Position numbers and translations under genes: made by a program. The notes under the pieces were generated by a model. The model worked only from the letters and a program-made list of their open reading frames with translations, had not been told where the DNA came from and searched no databases. From positions 1 through 64,000 of the forward strand of contig CAWJAX010000004.1 of the NCBI GenBank assembly GCA_963841015.1: DNA of 64,000 nt, given 5' to 3'. The DNA comes from an uncultured Methanoregulaceae archaeon. Its GTDB lineage: Archaea; Halobacteriota; Methanomicrobia; Methanomicrobiales; Methanospirillaceae. Position 1 is the first letter of the stretch. Each line of letters begins with the position of its first letter. Positions 13,052-23,506 of this stretch are shown in pieces.

Positions 13052-13921
13052 TCAGGTTTGCTTCCCATTCCTGATGATAAGAACTGGTTTCCTGGTCCTT
13101 CTCACTACGGTGAACGTAGTGCTTCCGAGGACCAGATTGCGCAGCCAGTCCGTGCCGTGGGCATTCATCGCGATCAGGGATACACCCTCCTCTTCCGCAA
13201 CGGACAGGATCATCTCCGTTGGATCGCCGACGCGGACACGAGGATTTGCCGCAATACCGGCACCGGCAAGGTCCTTTTTTAGTGCTGCAAGTCGGGCCTG
13301 AGCATTTGTGATGCATTCATCAATCTCTTCTTTGGTCTCCGCCCGGCTGACAACATGCAGGAGTTCGACATTTTCCATTCCCTCAAGTGTTTTTAAAACT
13401 GATATTACATCATCGGCGGGTCTGGAGAAATCCGTGGGAACGAGAACATTTGAAAACAATGGGCGGGGAGCTGCCGGCCCGGCACCCGAAATCTGATCGG
13501 GGCGCATGACGAGAACATTCATCTTTGCATTCCGCAGCACGGTGGAGGATACACTCCCCAAAAGCAGTTCCTGGATAGGATTGATTCCACGGGCTCCGAC
13601 GATGATGAGGGACACATCTTCAGTTTTCGCAACACCCAGGATTGCCTGCGCAATAGTGCCCTGGGTAATTGCGTTGACAATCACGTCAACATTGATGCGT
13701 ACCTTCAGCCCGAGATTTTCAAGAACCTCTTTTTTCTCTGCCATGAGAAGCTTGGTGTTTTCGATATGCGGCCCGTGTGTCCATCCGAGTCTTGAAGGGC
13801 GCGTTGCATCCACAACATGGAGGAGCACCACTTCCTGAATACCAGGAATCTCGGAAACGCGGTCAAGGATTTTTTGCGAATACGGTGAAAAATCAAGAGC
13901 AACAAGCACTTTCTCAAACAT
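13052..13921 (-). CDS. Universal stress protein (tandem UspA domains)
   Basis: Two VLVA/PTDFS ... LLGS/VLGS domains. Confidence 0.92.
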   Translation of the reverse strand: MFEKVLVALDFSPYSQKILDRVSEIPGIQEVVLLHVVDATRPSRLGWTHGPHIENTKLLMAEKKEVLENLGLKVRINVDVIVNAITQGTIAQAILGVAKTEDVSLIIVGARGINPIQELLLGSVSSTVLRNAKMNVLVMRPDQISGAGPAAPRPLFSNVLVPTDFSRPADDVISVLKTLEGMENVELLHVVSRAETKEEIDECITNAQARLAALKKDLAGAGIAANPRVRVGDPTEMILSVAEEEGVSLIAMNAHGTDWLRNLVLGSTTFTVVRRTRKPVLIIRNGKQT

Positions 13922-14072
13922 AATGCCTCCGTAGGGGATTCCAGTATCCTAGAATACATACTGTGTTTTAATAAAATGATTGGAGGAAACGAAGAGGAAT
14001 TCTGAATTAGATGCAGATCGCTTATCGGTTAATTGGTCCTGAAAAATTTGAAAAAAGTGTAAAGTTGCCTTC

Positions 14073-15587
14073 TCACGATTTCTGGATATACCAACCAGTC
14101 AGTGTTTCGTCAAGTAATTTCTCGCTGTGCGGGGGTGTTGCAAGACTGATCGCGATCATTGCAACGACCGAGATGATAAATGCATAGAAGGAAAAGTGCA
14201 CTGGCATGGGGATAAGGTTGATCTTGAAATAACTCAGGCCGCCAAAGAAGAGCGACGTAGCAAGACCAAGCCCCATGGCTGCAAGTGCTCCCTGACGGGT
14301 CGCCCTCCTCCAGTAAAGTCCTGCCAGGAGGGGAACGGAAAAGGTGGCGAACATGATCCCGATCCCTGCCCAGATCAGCCAGACCAGCATGTCGGGCGGG
14401 TTCAGGGCGAGCAGCAGGGTGACAATAGCAGCAGTCAGTACCGAGATCTGGCTGATGAGAACTACCTTCTTTTCCGGAGCGTCGGGGTGGAGGATTTTCT
14501 TATAGATATCCCATGCGAAGTATGTCCCGATGGTCAGCATCAGACGGTCGGTCGTGGACATAACAGCGGCAAGGATGATCACCGCAAAGATCCCCCAGAG
14601 TGCAACGCTGGGAAGGGAGGCCTGGACTCCATAGACAAAGACGAAGTCGGAAGCATTCTTAACCGCAGGCAGCGTCATGAGCCCTTCCTGGACCATAACA
14701 AACCCGGCAAACCCGGAAAATTTTAACAGGAACATTACGAACCCGTAGATACCAAAGGCAACCAGCGGAGACCACTTGAAAACTTTCACATCCCTGACCG
14801 CAAGGATGTTATTGATCACGTGCGGGGCACAGGCAAGACCTATCGTCAGGAGCAGGAAGAACGATACGATATAGGGGGGTGTGAATACGGCACCCGCCCC
14901 GGAAGCCCACGGGTCGACACTAACCGGGTTCGCTGCAGCCATTACCTCGTTGATATGAGTCATTCCTCCCGCAGCCATGATCACGATCGGGGCCATGATA
15001 ACAACACCAATGATCAATATCGCGCCCTGCACGAGCGTTGTCCAGGCAACCGCGTACAACCCTCCGATAACAGTATAGACTGTCACGATTGCAGCGCCAA
15101 TTAAAAGGGCGATCCAGTGGGGAAGACCAAAAAGCCACATCAGCACGATGCTGATGGCCGTGTACTGCCCGGCAAGGTATATCATAGAGACAACGATGCC
15201 AGCAATTGCCGACAAACCCCTGAGCTGTACCTGGCTTTCATACCGGTGCGCAAGGTAGTCCTGTACGGTCAGGTATCCTGACTTCTTTGCCACTTTCCAC
15301 ATCTTGACGCCAAAGAAGATGATACAGAACGCGATCGAGAGCGGTACAGCGATCTGCTCCCAGATCGTGGGCCAGGCGAATTTGTAACCAAGGCCGGACA
15401 CACCGAGAAGTGACATCCCCGAGCAGACCGATCCGATCATCAGCATGGTGAAGACCCAGAAGTCCAGCGATCGGCCGGCGACAACGTAATCGGTCATGTT
15501 ATGGATCTTTTTGCTTGCCCAGATGCCAATAGCGAGCAAGCCAATACAGTAGATAATGATAAGACCCGCCGCAACAGGATCGATCAT
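14073..15587 (-). CDS. Sodium:solute symporter (SSS family)
   Basis: DYVVAGRSL, YTVIGGLYAVAWT, AAVMSTTD and GLYWRRAT motifs. Confidence 0.92.
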   Translation of the reverse strand: MIDPVAAGLIIIYCIGLLAIGIWASKKIHNMTDYVVAGRSLDFWVFTMLMIGSVCSGMSLLGVSGLGYKFAWPTIWEQIAVPLSIAFCIIFFGVKMWKVAKKSGYLTVQDYLAHRYESQVQLRGLSAIAGIVVSMIYLAGQYTAISIVLMWLFGLPHWIALLIGAAIVTVYTVIGGLYAVAWTTLVQGAILIIGVVIMAPIVIMAAGGMTHINEVMAAANPVSVDPWASGAGAVFTPPYIVSFFLLLTIGLACAPHVINNILAVRDVKVFKWSPLVAFGIYGFVMFLLKFSGFAGFVMVQEGLMTLPAVKNASDFVFVYGVQASLPSVALWGIFAVIILAAVMSTTDRLMLTIGTYFAWDIYKKILHPDAPEKKVVLISQISVLTAAIVTLLLALNPPDMLVWLIWAGIGIMFATFSVPLLAGLYWRRATRQGALAAMGLGLATSLFFGGLSYFKINLIPMPVHFSFYAFIISVVAMIAISLATPPHSEKLLDETLTGWYIQKS

Positions 15588-15691
15588 GCTGATGTCTCCT
15601 TAAACGTAAGAGCCCAGTAGGTAAGCGCAATCACGATGACGAGGATTACTACCCCGACGCAAGCAGTAGTGAGGAACGGTAGTCCGAACAT
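15584..15691 (-). CDS. 35-aa single-TM symporter accessory protein (absent from the ORF track)
   Basis: MFGLPFLTTACVGVVILVIVIALTYWALTFKETSA. Its TGA overlaps the symporter ATG (ATGA coupling). Confidence 0.8.
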   Translation of the reverse strand: MFGLPFLTTACVGVVILVIVIALTYWALTFKETSA

Positions 15692-16371
15692 TCTATCCCA
15701 GAGGTGTGCGATCTGTTAACATTTAACAAGTTCGAAATTATTCCGATATTTTTTTAAAAAATAGTATTACTATGATTATTTATGGTTAGGACATGAAATC
15801 CCGTTTCATTATTAGTTTTTTAGATATCTTCAAGCCTGTAAAATTAAAATCGATTTATTGATATTTTCAAAAAAGTGAATGGGTGAAATATGCCAAAGCA
15901 TTTTTGTCCGGTTTGTCTGGAGGATATCACCTGTAAGCGCTGCAAAGGCTCTGGCAAATATTACCCCCCTTATTCAACTCATAAAATTGTTCATGATGAA
16001 TGCCATGGCACGGGGAAGATGCCCCACAATCATGAAGAAAATTATTGAATATTCACAAACTAAAAAAAAAATCTTTGCACACGAAGTTGTCAATCGAAAG
16101 AATGACATAAGCGTATTTTTAACATCTTATAATTGCCGAAACATGGTATGAGGAATGAAATCCAATAAGAAGCCGGTAGTACTCGCCATATATTGAACCA
16201 TTTTATGAGAATTTACTAAAGAACATACAGTCCGCGGTGCAAGTAACCTGAACAAGAATAAGATGAGGAACTAAAATATTAATTGCGAGAGGTTAGGGGT
16301 CTTGCTATTGACCGGCTGCATATCAGTGACTTAAGGACGATTCTTTAAATTAAAACTCCACAATACACCAT

Positions 16372-16890
16372 ATGACCCTTGAGAGAACGATTGCGCAGCT
16401 GTTCAGGATGGACGATGCAACCTGGCTGCGGCATGCCAATCCATGGAGCGGGATCCTGCGCAATACGGCGCTCCCTCTCCTCATTATCGCATTCTGGAGC
16501 CGGCTCTGGCTTGGGTGGTGGGCAGTCATCCCGGTTGTTATTGCACTCCTCTGGACCTGGTACAACCCCAGAATCTTCCCGGCACCGCAATCGCTCGATC
16601 ACTGGATGTCAAAGGCTGTACTGGGAGAGCGGGTCTGGCTGAACCGGGATGCGGTTCCTGTGCCAGAGTATCACCGTAAGGTACCAAATGTTCTTTCAGC
16701 AGTTGCCGCTATCGGTTTGGTCTTTATCATTTGGGGTGTTTTCAGGTTCGATCTTTGGCCTACCCTATTTGGGACCTTGATGGCGTATATGGGCAAGTTA
16801 TGGTTTGCTGACCGGATGGTCTGGATCTGGCAGGATATGCAGGAAGCTTCACCGGAATACCGGAACTGGCGGATTCTCAGGCATGAGTAA
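16372..16890 (+). CDS. Conserved membrane protein (DUF6653-like)
   Basis: WLRHANPWS, WMSKAVLGERVWL and KLWFADRMVW; Trp-rich TM segments. Confidence 0.7.
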   Translation: MTLERTIAQLFRMDDATWLRHANPWSGILRNTALPLLIIAFWSRLWLGWWAVIPVVIALLWTWYNPRIFPAPQSLDHWMSKAVLGERVWLNRDAVPVPEYHRKVPNVLSAVAAIGLVFIIWGVFRFDLWPTLFGTLMAYMGKLWFADRMVWIWQDMQEASPEYRNWRILRHE

Positions 16891-17056
16891 TTCTCCTATG
16901 AAATAATTAGTCCGTGGCTGATGATCACTACAGCCCTCCTCTGATATTGTTTTTTCATAACACAATATTTCCGAACACCTGCATGATGATTGATTCCTGC
17001 TTCGCGACTGTTCATTGGAATGCCCCTTTATTTCCAGTGGAGAAATAGCCAATCGG

Positions 17057-17295
17057 GAAGAAATTTTTGTAAAACCCCATTTTTTAGACCACCGTCAGAA
17101 AAAACGATCCTTATATTCGGATTCCGGAAGCCTTTCCGGGATCCGGTGGGGTAAATTAGGTGGCAAAAATCACCTCGATTTAATGGCCTTTGGTGGCTTT
17201 TCAGTGAGGTACAAATCAGCCGTATTTTGGCAAACAGGCGTAAACCTCTGTTTCAATACACACCGAAACGGACGTTATTACGGGGTTTCCCGGAT
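17057..17295 (+). repeat. Dispersed structured intergenic element, copy A (3'-truncated)
   Basis: Shares ATTTAATGGCCTTTGG and GCCGTATTTTGGCAAACAG exactly with copy B, and is colinear with copy C. Confidence 0.85.
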
Positions 17296-17464
17296 CAATG
17301 TCAGGAAAGAGTACGCTGTTTCAATTCTCGCTATCCGGAGAAAAGGAGAGGTTATTGCAAACCCTTCCGGGGAAGTTACCCTTGAACCAGCTGATGAGGT
17401 GATCGTGATCGGTGCACCGCAGCTGATATATTACGCTTATCTCAGGTATTCCACCCGGAGATAA
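17290..17464 (+). pseudogene. Orphan TrkA-C (RCK-C) domain remnant
   Basis: INVRKEYAVSILAIRRKGEVIANPSGEVTLEPADEVIVIG resembles the C-terminus of the neighbouring Kef protein and has no credible start of its own. Confidence 0.7.
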
Positions 17465-17618
17465 AACCAGAGTGAGCATATCAGCCGTACAAAAATATGC
17501 CAGATTATCTTTGTAAGTATTCCTCCCATTGCCATGATCTACCTGATATTTCATATCCTGAACCGGCACAGGTCTTAAATTGATGAATTCATATCTATGA
17601 TTAAATGGATAGAAGAAG

Positions 17619-17765
17619 ATGACGAGTATTATCTGGTATATCTATAATGAAGCGCTCAAGAAGGAGCGGGAGCTGCTGGAAAAAGTAAGAAAAAAAGAAC
17701 GGGATCGACTGGATCGTATCAGAAATATTGGCAAGGACCCCGGCTCATCTCACGATAAGAAATAA
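17619..17765 (+). CDS. Possible 48-aa charged microprotein
   Basis: MTSIIWYIYNEALKKERELLEKVRKKERDRLDRIRNIGKDPGSSHDKK; protein-like helical composition is the only support. Confidence 0.35.
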   Translation: MTSIIWYIYNEALKKERELLEKVRKKERDRLDRIRNIGKDPGSSHDKK

Positions 17766-17829
17766 TGCTGAGAACTTATTGAACGCTAAAACCCCGTTTA
17801 TTAAAATAACAAAAACGTACATGAGAAGG

Positions 17830-19845
17830 TTATTTCCTGTCTTTCTTTTGGGTAAACAGGTATGTACCCTTCGCAACATCTTCCGGCTTTGCATAAATAA
17901 TCGCATTATCCCCTGCCTCAATCCGGGTCTCGCCACCGATACCCGTGATTACCTCTTCTCCCCGCCGGATGGCCAGGACGAGAAGGTTGTGTCGTTTTCT
18001 CAGATTGATTTCTCCGAGCGTTGTGCCGGCAAGCAGGGACCCGGGTTCAACCGTAAGGGTAGTTATACTGACCTCGGGGATATACCGCACGAGATCCGGC
18101 AGCGTTCCCGGCACCGTGCTCGTTGTACGCAACATCTGGTACCCGTCAGCACGAACATCGGTAATAAACGACTCGATCCGGTCCCGCGGCACGAAATACT
18201 TGTTCAGAACGACAGTAAAGATCTCCACAGACGTTTCAAACTCCTCGGCAATGACCTCATCGGCCCCAATCTCATGGAGTGCCTCAACTTCACTGACATA
18301 GCGTGTCCTGACGATAATAGTCAGTTCAGAACTGAGGCCGCGGCAGGTGCTGACAATCTTTCGGACCGCAACGGGATCATTGATGGCCACGACGGCGATC
18401 CGTGCAGTCGGGATTCCCGCATGAGAGAGCACACCTTCGCTGGTTGCATCCCCAAATATGATGGGCTCACCCTGCTTCCGGGATTCCATGACAAGGTCAG
18501 GATTGAGCTCGATAATCGTATAATCGATACCAGCCCTGCGGGCAGTGCGGGCGAGGTTCCTGCCGGTGACACCATACCCGATGATAACCAGATGATCTTT
18601 CTTCGTCTTGCGTGATGCGGGATCATCAATACTGCACGTTCCCCGCGTGATAAGGGAGAGGGCAGGTTGTTGACAGAGCCATCCGGCGACCGGTGGGCCA
18701 ATACCGATCACAAACGGCGTAACTGCCATGGTGATGAGAGCAACAATGAGGAAGGTCTGGTAGGTTTCAAAGGGAAGAATACCCGTAATAAATCCACTCT
18801 GGGCAATAATCAACGAGAATTCTCCGACCTGTGCAAGGGCAAGTCCTGTCATCAATGAGGTCCTCAGGGGGTATCCGAGTGCGAGAGGAGCAGCAGTGGC
18901 GAGCAGGGCCTTGACCACAATCGCAAGAACGATCAGGAATGCAATGATCCAGAAATTTTCAAGCAGGAACCGGAAATCCACCAGCATGCCGACGGAGATA
19001 AAGAAGAAGCTCGTGAAAATGTCCCGGAACGGGAGGACGATACTGGAGGCCTGGCGGCTGTATTCCGATCCTGAGATAAGTAATCCGGCAAAAAGGGCTC
19101 CGATAGCAATAGAGATCCCGGACAGGGAGACCAACCATGCCACGCCAAAACAGACCAGGATGACAAAGAGTAAGAAGAATTCCTGGTTGCGGGTTCGTGC
19201 AATCTCGTGCATGAGCCGGGGTATTACCCATCTTGCAGATACAACAAGGACCAGCACAATGAGGAGATCCTGGATTACCAGGGTCACCAGGGAATCCGCT
19301 GAAAGCAGGGGTGTAGGATCGAACAGGGACAGGCTCGCGAGGAAGGGGATGGCCATGATCATGGGAACTGCCATGAGGTCCTGGAAGATCAGGATGCCGA
19401 GCGCAATGCTGCCATGCGGGGAATCCATATCCCCTTTGTCGTGCAGGATTTTCAGAACGATGGCTGTACTGGACAACGAGAAGAGAAAACCCATCAGGAT
19501 CGCTTCACCGGCAGGAAGCCCCAGCAACAGGGCAAGTCCGCAGAAGAAGGCAAAGGAGAGGCCGACCTGCAGTGCGCCGCCGGCAATTGCGATGAGCCGG
19601 ATCTTCCAGAGGTCCTTGAAAGAGAATTCAAGTCCTATCGTAAAGAGCAGGAGGATTATCCCAATCTCGGCAAGATTTTTTACCTGCTCCTGCCCCTGGA
19701 TAATGCTCAATCCATACGGTCCGACGATGACACCCGTAAGGATATATGCCACAAGGGGAGGTACCTTAATCCTGTTGAAGATCATCCCGACTATAAGCGC
19801 TATGGCAAAAACAATCAGGATGTCCGTTAAGAGTTCAAAAACCAT
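17830..19845 (-). CDS. Kef-type (CPA2) cation:proton antiporter with TrkA-N and TrkA-C domains
   Basis: LLFTIGLEFS, LSSTAIV, QVGEFS, IIGYGVTG and FGDAT motifs. Confidence 0.93.
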   Translation of the reverse strand: MVFELLTDILIVFAIALIVGMIFNRIKVPPLVAYILTGVIVGPYGLSIIQGQEQVKNLAEIGIILLLFTIGLEFSFKDLWKIRLIAIAGGALQVGLSFAFFCGLALLLGLPAGEAILMGFLFSLSSTAIVLKILHDKGDMDSPHGSIALGILIFQDLMAVPMIMAIPFLASLSLFDPTPLLSADSLVTLVIQDLLIVLVLVVSARWVIPRLMHEIARTRNQEFFLLFVILVCFGVAWLVSLSGISIAIGALFAGLLISGSEYSRQASSIVLPFRDIFTSFFFISVGMLVDFRFLLENFWIIAFLIVLAIVVKALLATAAPLALGYPLRTSLMTGLALAQVGEFSLIIAQSGFITGILPFETYQTFLIVALITMAVTPFVIGIGPPVAGWLCQQPALSLITRGTCSIDDPASRKTKKDHLVIIGYGVTGRNLARTARRAGIDYTIIELNPDLVMESRKQGEPIIFGDATSEGVLSHAGIPTARIAVVAINDPVAVRKIVSTCRGLSSELTIIVRTRYVSEVEALHEIGADEVIAEEFETSVEIFTVVLNKYFVPRDRIESFITDVRADGYQMLRTTSTVPGTLPDLVRYIPEVSITTLTVEPGSLLAGTTLGEINLRKRHNLLVLAIRRGEEVITGIGGETRIEAGDNAIIYAKPEDVAKGTYLFTQKKDRK

Positions 19846-19935
19846 AGGAATACGTTAGATTACCTTTGTCGGGAAATACAAAAAATTATTCGCAGATTAG
19901 AAAAAGTAGTGGGCTTACTTAAAAAAAATGAGAAA

Positions 19936-20686
19936 TCAGGGAGCCTGCCGGACGATAACCGAGGCCGACTCGTCAAACGGGTTCTTCCGCAATGCAAGGT
20001 TGAAGAGATAAGGGTAATGGTTTTAAGATATTCCATATAGATGATCCACTCGTGGATCAACCGGGTATACGCACGCTGGATATCGGGGGTGAGATGGCTT
20101 TTGTCGGATGGAGGCAATGCGGACAAGTCGCCCCGTGCTTTCAGCTCTTCGGTCAGGTGGCTGAGCGCAAGAATAAGGTCCGTGAATGATTCGTGCTCAA
20201 AGACCATGGGGTTTTCCACCAGGCGCAAAAGGAACTCCTCGTGATCGATCAGAAACCTCCGGAAATCTTCCAGGTCAATCCGGGTAAGTGAGGCACTGCA
20301 CGAATAATCATCAAGGCATTTTTGCATATCCTTAAACCTTGCCATATCCCAGGTGGCAGTGACTACCAGGCGTTTTTTCACCGGACCAATACGTTCATCG
20401 CCACCGGTCAACCGGGCAAGAAGCGGCGTCCCGAACGTGGAAAAGAAGGTGCCGATGACCATGTTCAGCTTCTCCACTTCTGCTGTTTTTCCCGGGATTC
20501 CAGCAACGGGTCAATGATAAGCGTGACAATCAGCACTTCTATCGGTATGAAAGCCAGGTCCCCGACAAAGAAGATGGACAGATGGTGCTCATCATGAAAG
20601 ATCAGGTAATGGGCAGTAAACAATACAAGAGACAGGAGGATGAGCCCTGATGCAATAATCAGTTTCCACCAAGTGTCTTCTTTCAT
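19936..20686 (-). CDS. Conserved hypothetical membrane-anchored protein, two frameshifts
   Basis: ORF 20465-20686 (DLAFIPIEVLIVTLII) continues into EKLNMVIGTFFS; the restored C-terminus reads HYPYLFNLALRKNPFD. Confidence 0.7.
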
Positions 20687-20735
20687 TTACCTTCTCCGGT
20701 TACCTTGTTGAGCGAGCAGACAATGGACCACAAGG

Positions 20736-21599
20736 ATGAGAGATATATCTGGGAGAAAAGAGAAAATGTCTGCTATGACATCAGGGGAGAAAACAGAGAG
20801 TCACACAGACCCGAAAAAATCCTGGAGATGCACCGTATGTGGTTTTGTCCTTGCAGGTGAAAAGCCGCCTAAGGGCTGCCCCGTATGCCACAGCCCGTCC
20901 CATGAATTTATTCAGGAAACGGACCGGGTACACCTCACCTATGAGGGTAAGCCATTTGATGTCCTGCTGATCAACGGCAGCACGCACCGCGCCGGAAACA
21001 CCGGTTACATGGCCGATATTGCTGAAGAGTATCTCCGTGAACGGGGGGTGAGTTATCGCAGGTATAACCTGAGCGAGTACCGCATCGATCCCTGCTGGTG
21101 TTGTTATGCCGTGCGGGCTCAGTCCTGCACCTACCCGTGCCGGAACAAGTATGACGATACGCCCGCCTTCCACGAGATGCTTGTCGCATCGAAAGCCGTC
21201 ATTGTTGCCTCACCGATCAACTGGAACGGTATGTCGGCACGCCTCAAGATCTTCCTTGACCGGACGACCTGTCTTGAAAATCTCTACCACCTCAACAAAC
21301 CCGGCCTGACCGAGGGGAAGGTGGCGGGTATCCTTGTCTGCGGCCACGAAGACGGAGCGATAAAGACCTCCATGGATATCTGGCTGAATTTCCAGCAGAT
21401 GGGATATGTACTTGCGCCATTCGGTATTGCATTCAGGACGCACGGGTCGCAGTTCAACAGCAGCACGGACCGGGAATTCTTCCGGAACGATGAGCTGATT
21501 GTACGCCAGACAAAGGGCGTTGTGAACAATGTGATCGAACTCATGAGGCTCGGTAACGAATCACAGCTGAAAGGGAAACTCGTGCCGGTCACTGAATGA
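20736..21599 (+). CDS. Rubredoxin-like domain fused to an iron-sulfur flavoprotein (flavodoxin-like)
   Basis: WRCTVCG..CPVC, then INGSTHRAGNT, PCWCCY..CTYPC and ASPINW. Confidence 0.85.
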   Translation: MRDISGRKEKMSAMTSGEKTESHTDPKKSWRCTVCGFVLAGEKPPKGCPVCHSPSHEFIQETDRVHLTYEGKPFDVLLINGSTHRAGNTGYMADIAEEYLRERGVSYRRYNLSEYRIDPCWCCYAVRAQSCTYPCRNKYDDTPAFHEMLVASKAVIVASPINWNGMSARLKIFLDRTTCLENLYHLNKPGLTEGKVAGILVCGHEDGAIKTSMDIWLNFQQMGYVLAPFGIAFRTHGSQFNSSTDREFFRNDELIVRQTKGVVNNVIELMRLGNESQLKGKLVPVTE

Positions 21600-21655
21600 A
21601 TAGTAGCCAGAAGGGTATTATCCCCATGAAAGGGTATCCTTCTGAAACGAGTCCT

Positions 21656-21953
21656 GAAGAAATTTTTATAATAATCCTTTTTTTATCAACCATCGGAAAA
21701 AACGAGCCTCATATTCTCGTTCTGGCTGGGTTTCTGAGGCCAGGATGGGATAAGTTAGGTGGCAAAGTTCTCCTCAATTTAATGGCCTTTGGCGACCTTT
21801 CAGTGAGGTGCAAATCTGCCGTATTTTGGCAAACAGAGCGAATATATGGCGTATTTTCCACAGGAACCGAAAAGGAGCATAATCCAGAGATTTCAGAATT
21901 TGTCCGGTATAAAAGACGGAAAAACGGAGCCCAATTTGGGCTTATTTCCCCAT
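21656..21953 (+). repeat. Dispersed structured intergenic element, copy B (longest)
   Basis: Aligns with copy A at its 5' end and with copy C through its 3' hairpin GAGCCCAATTTGGGCTT. Confidence 0.85.
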
Positions 21954-22009
21954 TGATACCATTATCCCTCATAGCATCTTTTCCTGTCTCAACAATTCAG
22001 AATTAACAG

Positions 22010-22732
22010 CTAACCGTAAATCGTAATGATATAGTATATCCCGACTACGATGAAAACCAAAGCAACCGCCCTCCGGATCCAGACCTCCGCTATTCCTATT
22101 CTCTGCACAGTTCCTTTGCACTTTCCTGCGCCTTTTACAAGAAGATATGAAATTAGAATGACCGGCAATCCTGTCGCAAGTGCGAACACCGCCGGGATGA
22201 CCAGCGGATCCCCCGCACCAATCGCGAGCGGGATGAGCATGGCAAAGAAGAGTACGGCGGAAAACGGACAGAAACTCAGCGCAAAGATAACCCCCAGCAG
22301 GAATGCCCCCAGGTATCCCTTGTCTGCAAGCCGTGCCGGTATCCCGGACGTGAACCCGGAGAACCAGTCTCCTCCGGGAAGCCGATCGAAATGGAAGATA
22401 TCGAGAAGATAAATGCCGCACAAGACCAGGAACGGTCCGAGCAGAAGTTCCCCGTAATGCTGGAGTCCCAACGCCAGGGTCTGGAGATTCATCCCAAAGA
22501 ATACAATAGCTGATGCGACTGCGATATACGCCGCCATCCTGCCGAGGGTGTACACGAACCCGGTGAGCAGGGTATGACGGCTGTTGTCAATCCTCTTCGA
22601 GATATAGGCAATGGCGGTGATATTGGTCGCAAGGGGGCAGGGGCTGATAGCGGTCATCAGCCCGAGGAAAAAAGCGGCAATAACAGGGACGGGGCTTTCC
22701 CCCATCGTCCCGAGAAATTGCAGGAGATCCAT
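22010..22732 (-). CDS. ArsG-like / CcdA-like membrane protein
   Basis: AISPCPLATNITAI and ALSFCPFSAVLFF motifs; downstream of an ArsF-like gene. Confidence 0.75.
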   Translation of the reverse strand: MDLLQFLGTMGESPVPVIAAFFLGLMTAISPCPLATNITAIAYISKRIDNSRHTLLTGFVYTLGRMAAYIAVASAIVFFGMNLQTLALGLQHYGELLLGPFLVLCGIYLLDIFHFDRLPGGDWFSGFTSGIPARLADKGYLGAFLLGVIFALSFCPFSAVLFFAMLIPLAIGAGDPLVIPAVFALATGLPVILISYLLVKGAGKCKGTVQRIGIAEVWIRRAVALVFIVVGIYYIITIYG

Positions 22733-22733
22733 T

Positions 22734-23234
22734 TCAGGTGAGATCCCCGTTCAGGCGCCGTGAGATAACATTTGTGAGATATGCCTTGTATTTCTCTTTA
22801 TCCCCGGTCAAGTACCAGACGTCCATATTCTGTTGCCGGTGAAAACCGTTGGTATCGTAAATTCCAAACCAGAGTGAGGACCCGGTCACACCATATTTTG
22901 CTGAAAGGACAGCGTTCTCCGGCAGATCATAGTTGACATGCGCAAAGACAAGTCGGCCTGAAACAAGTTCGTCTTTGAAATTGGCATTCACTGTTTTTTC
23001 CGCGAGGTCCCCGACTGCGATGCAGGATGAACACTGGTTGTTGCCATGAAAGTGGTAGATCTCCACCCGTTCAACGGAGCTGTTGATACCCGTTGCTCCG
23101 GGTGGTGATGTGTACTGCTGATTGACGGCAGGTAATTTCGCAGGCGAAGTGCACCCGGCTGCTAAACCGCTAGCAACAATCAGGGCGATAAACAATACTA
23201 CCAGGTAAATTCGTTGAAGGTCTGTCATAATCAC
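22734..23234 (-). CDS. ArsF-like thioredoxin-fold lipoprotein
   Basis: Signal peptide with an AAGC lipobox; VEIYHFHGNNQCSSC and AKYGVTGSSL. Confidence 0.72.
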   Translation of the reverse strand: MIMTDLQRIYLVVLFIALIVASGLAAGCTSPAKLPAVNQQYTSPPGATGINSSVERVEIYHFHGNNQCSSCIAVGDLAEKTVNANFKDELVSGRLVFAHVNYDLPENAVLSAKYGVTGSSLWFGIYDTNGFHRQQNMDVWYLTGDKEKYKAYLTNVISRRLNGDLT

Positions 23235-23506
23235 TCGTTATCCGCAAGCAGCGAACGCATCACACCGGAAACTTCTGAAGACAGGTCGTCAGTTTGTATC
23301 AGCGAGAGGCAGCAGATAGTATCCTCCTTCATCCAGCTGATAAGAGCAAGCTTGTCACCGTCTCTGATGTTCGCTTTTTTCCGGATCTCTTTGGGAAGCA
23401 CAATCTGCCCCCGGTTATCCATTGAAAGTACTGCTTCGACCTGGCACGCCAGATTGCTATCAGATGTACAAGATCTGTCTGAGCGGTTTGGGTTCATTTG
23501 GGTCAC
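23231..23506 (-). CDS. AbrB/MazE-fold protein, HgcAB-associated (HgcC-like)
   Basis: CQVEAVLSMDNRGQIVLPKEIR..GDKLALIS..ICCLSLI. Confidence 0.7.
   Translation of the reverse strand: MTQMNPNRSDRSCTSDSNLACQVEAVLSMDNRGQIVLPKEIRKKANIRDGDKLALISWMKEDTICCLSLIQTDDLSSEVSGVMRSLLADNE

Noticed and set aside
15879-16151. 90-aa ORF in an AT-rich spacer, with a faint resemblance to the reverse complement of the dispersed repeat
   Set aside because: No motif or credible RBS. The repeat-like words are short and wrongly spaced.
21596-22006. ORF 21596-22006 shares a peptide (KLGGK..LMAFG..SV..KSAVFWQT) with ORF 17015-17464
   Set aside because: The similarity comes from the DNA repeat. Copy C does not appear to keep this frame open, and the changes look structure-preserving rather than codon-preserving.
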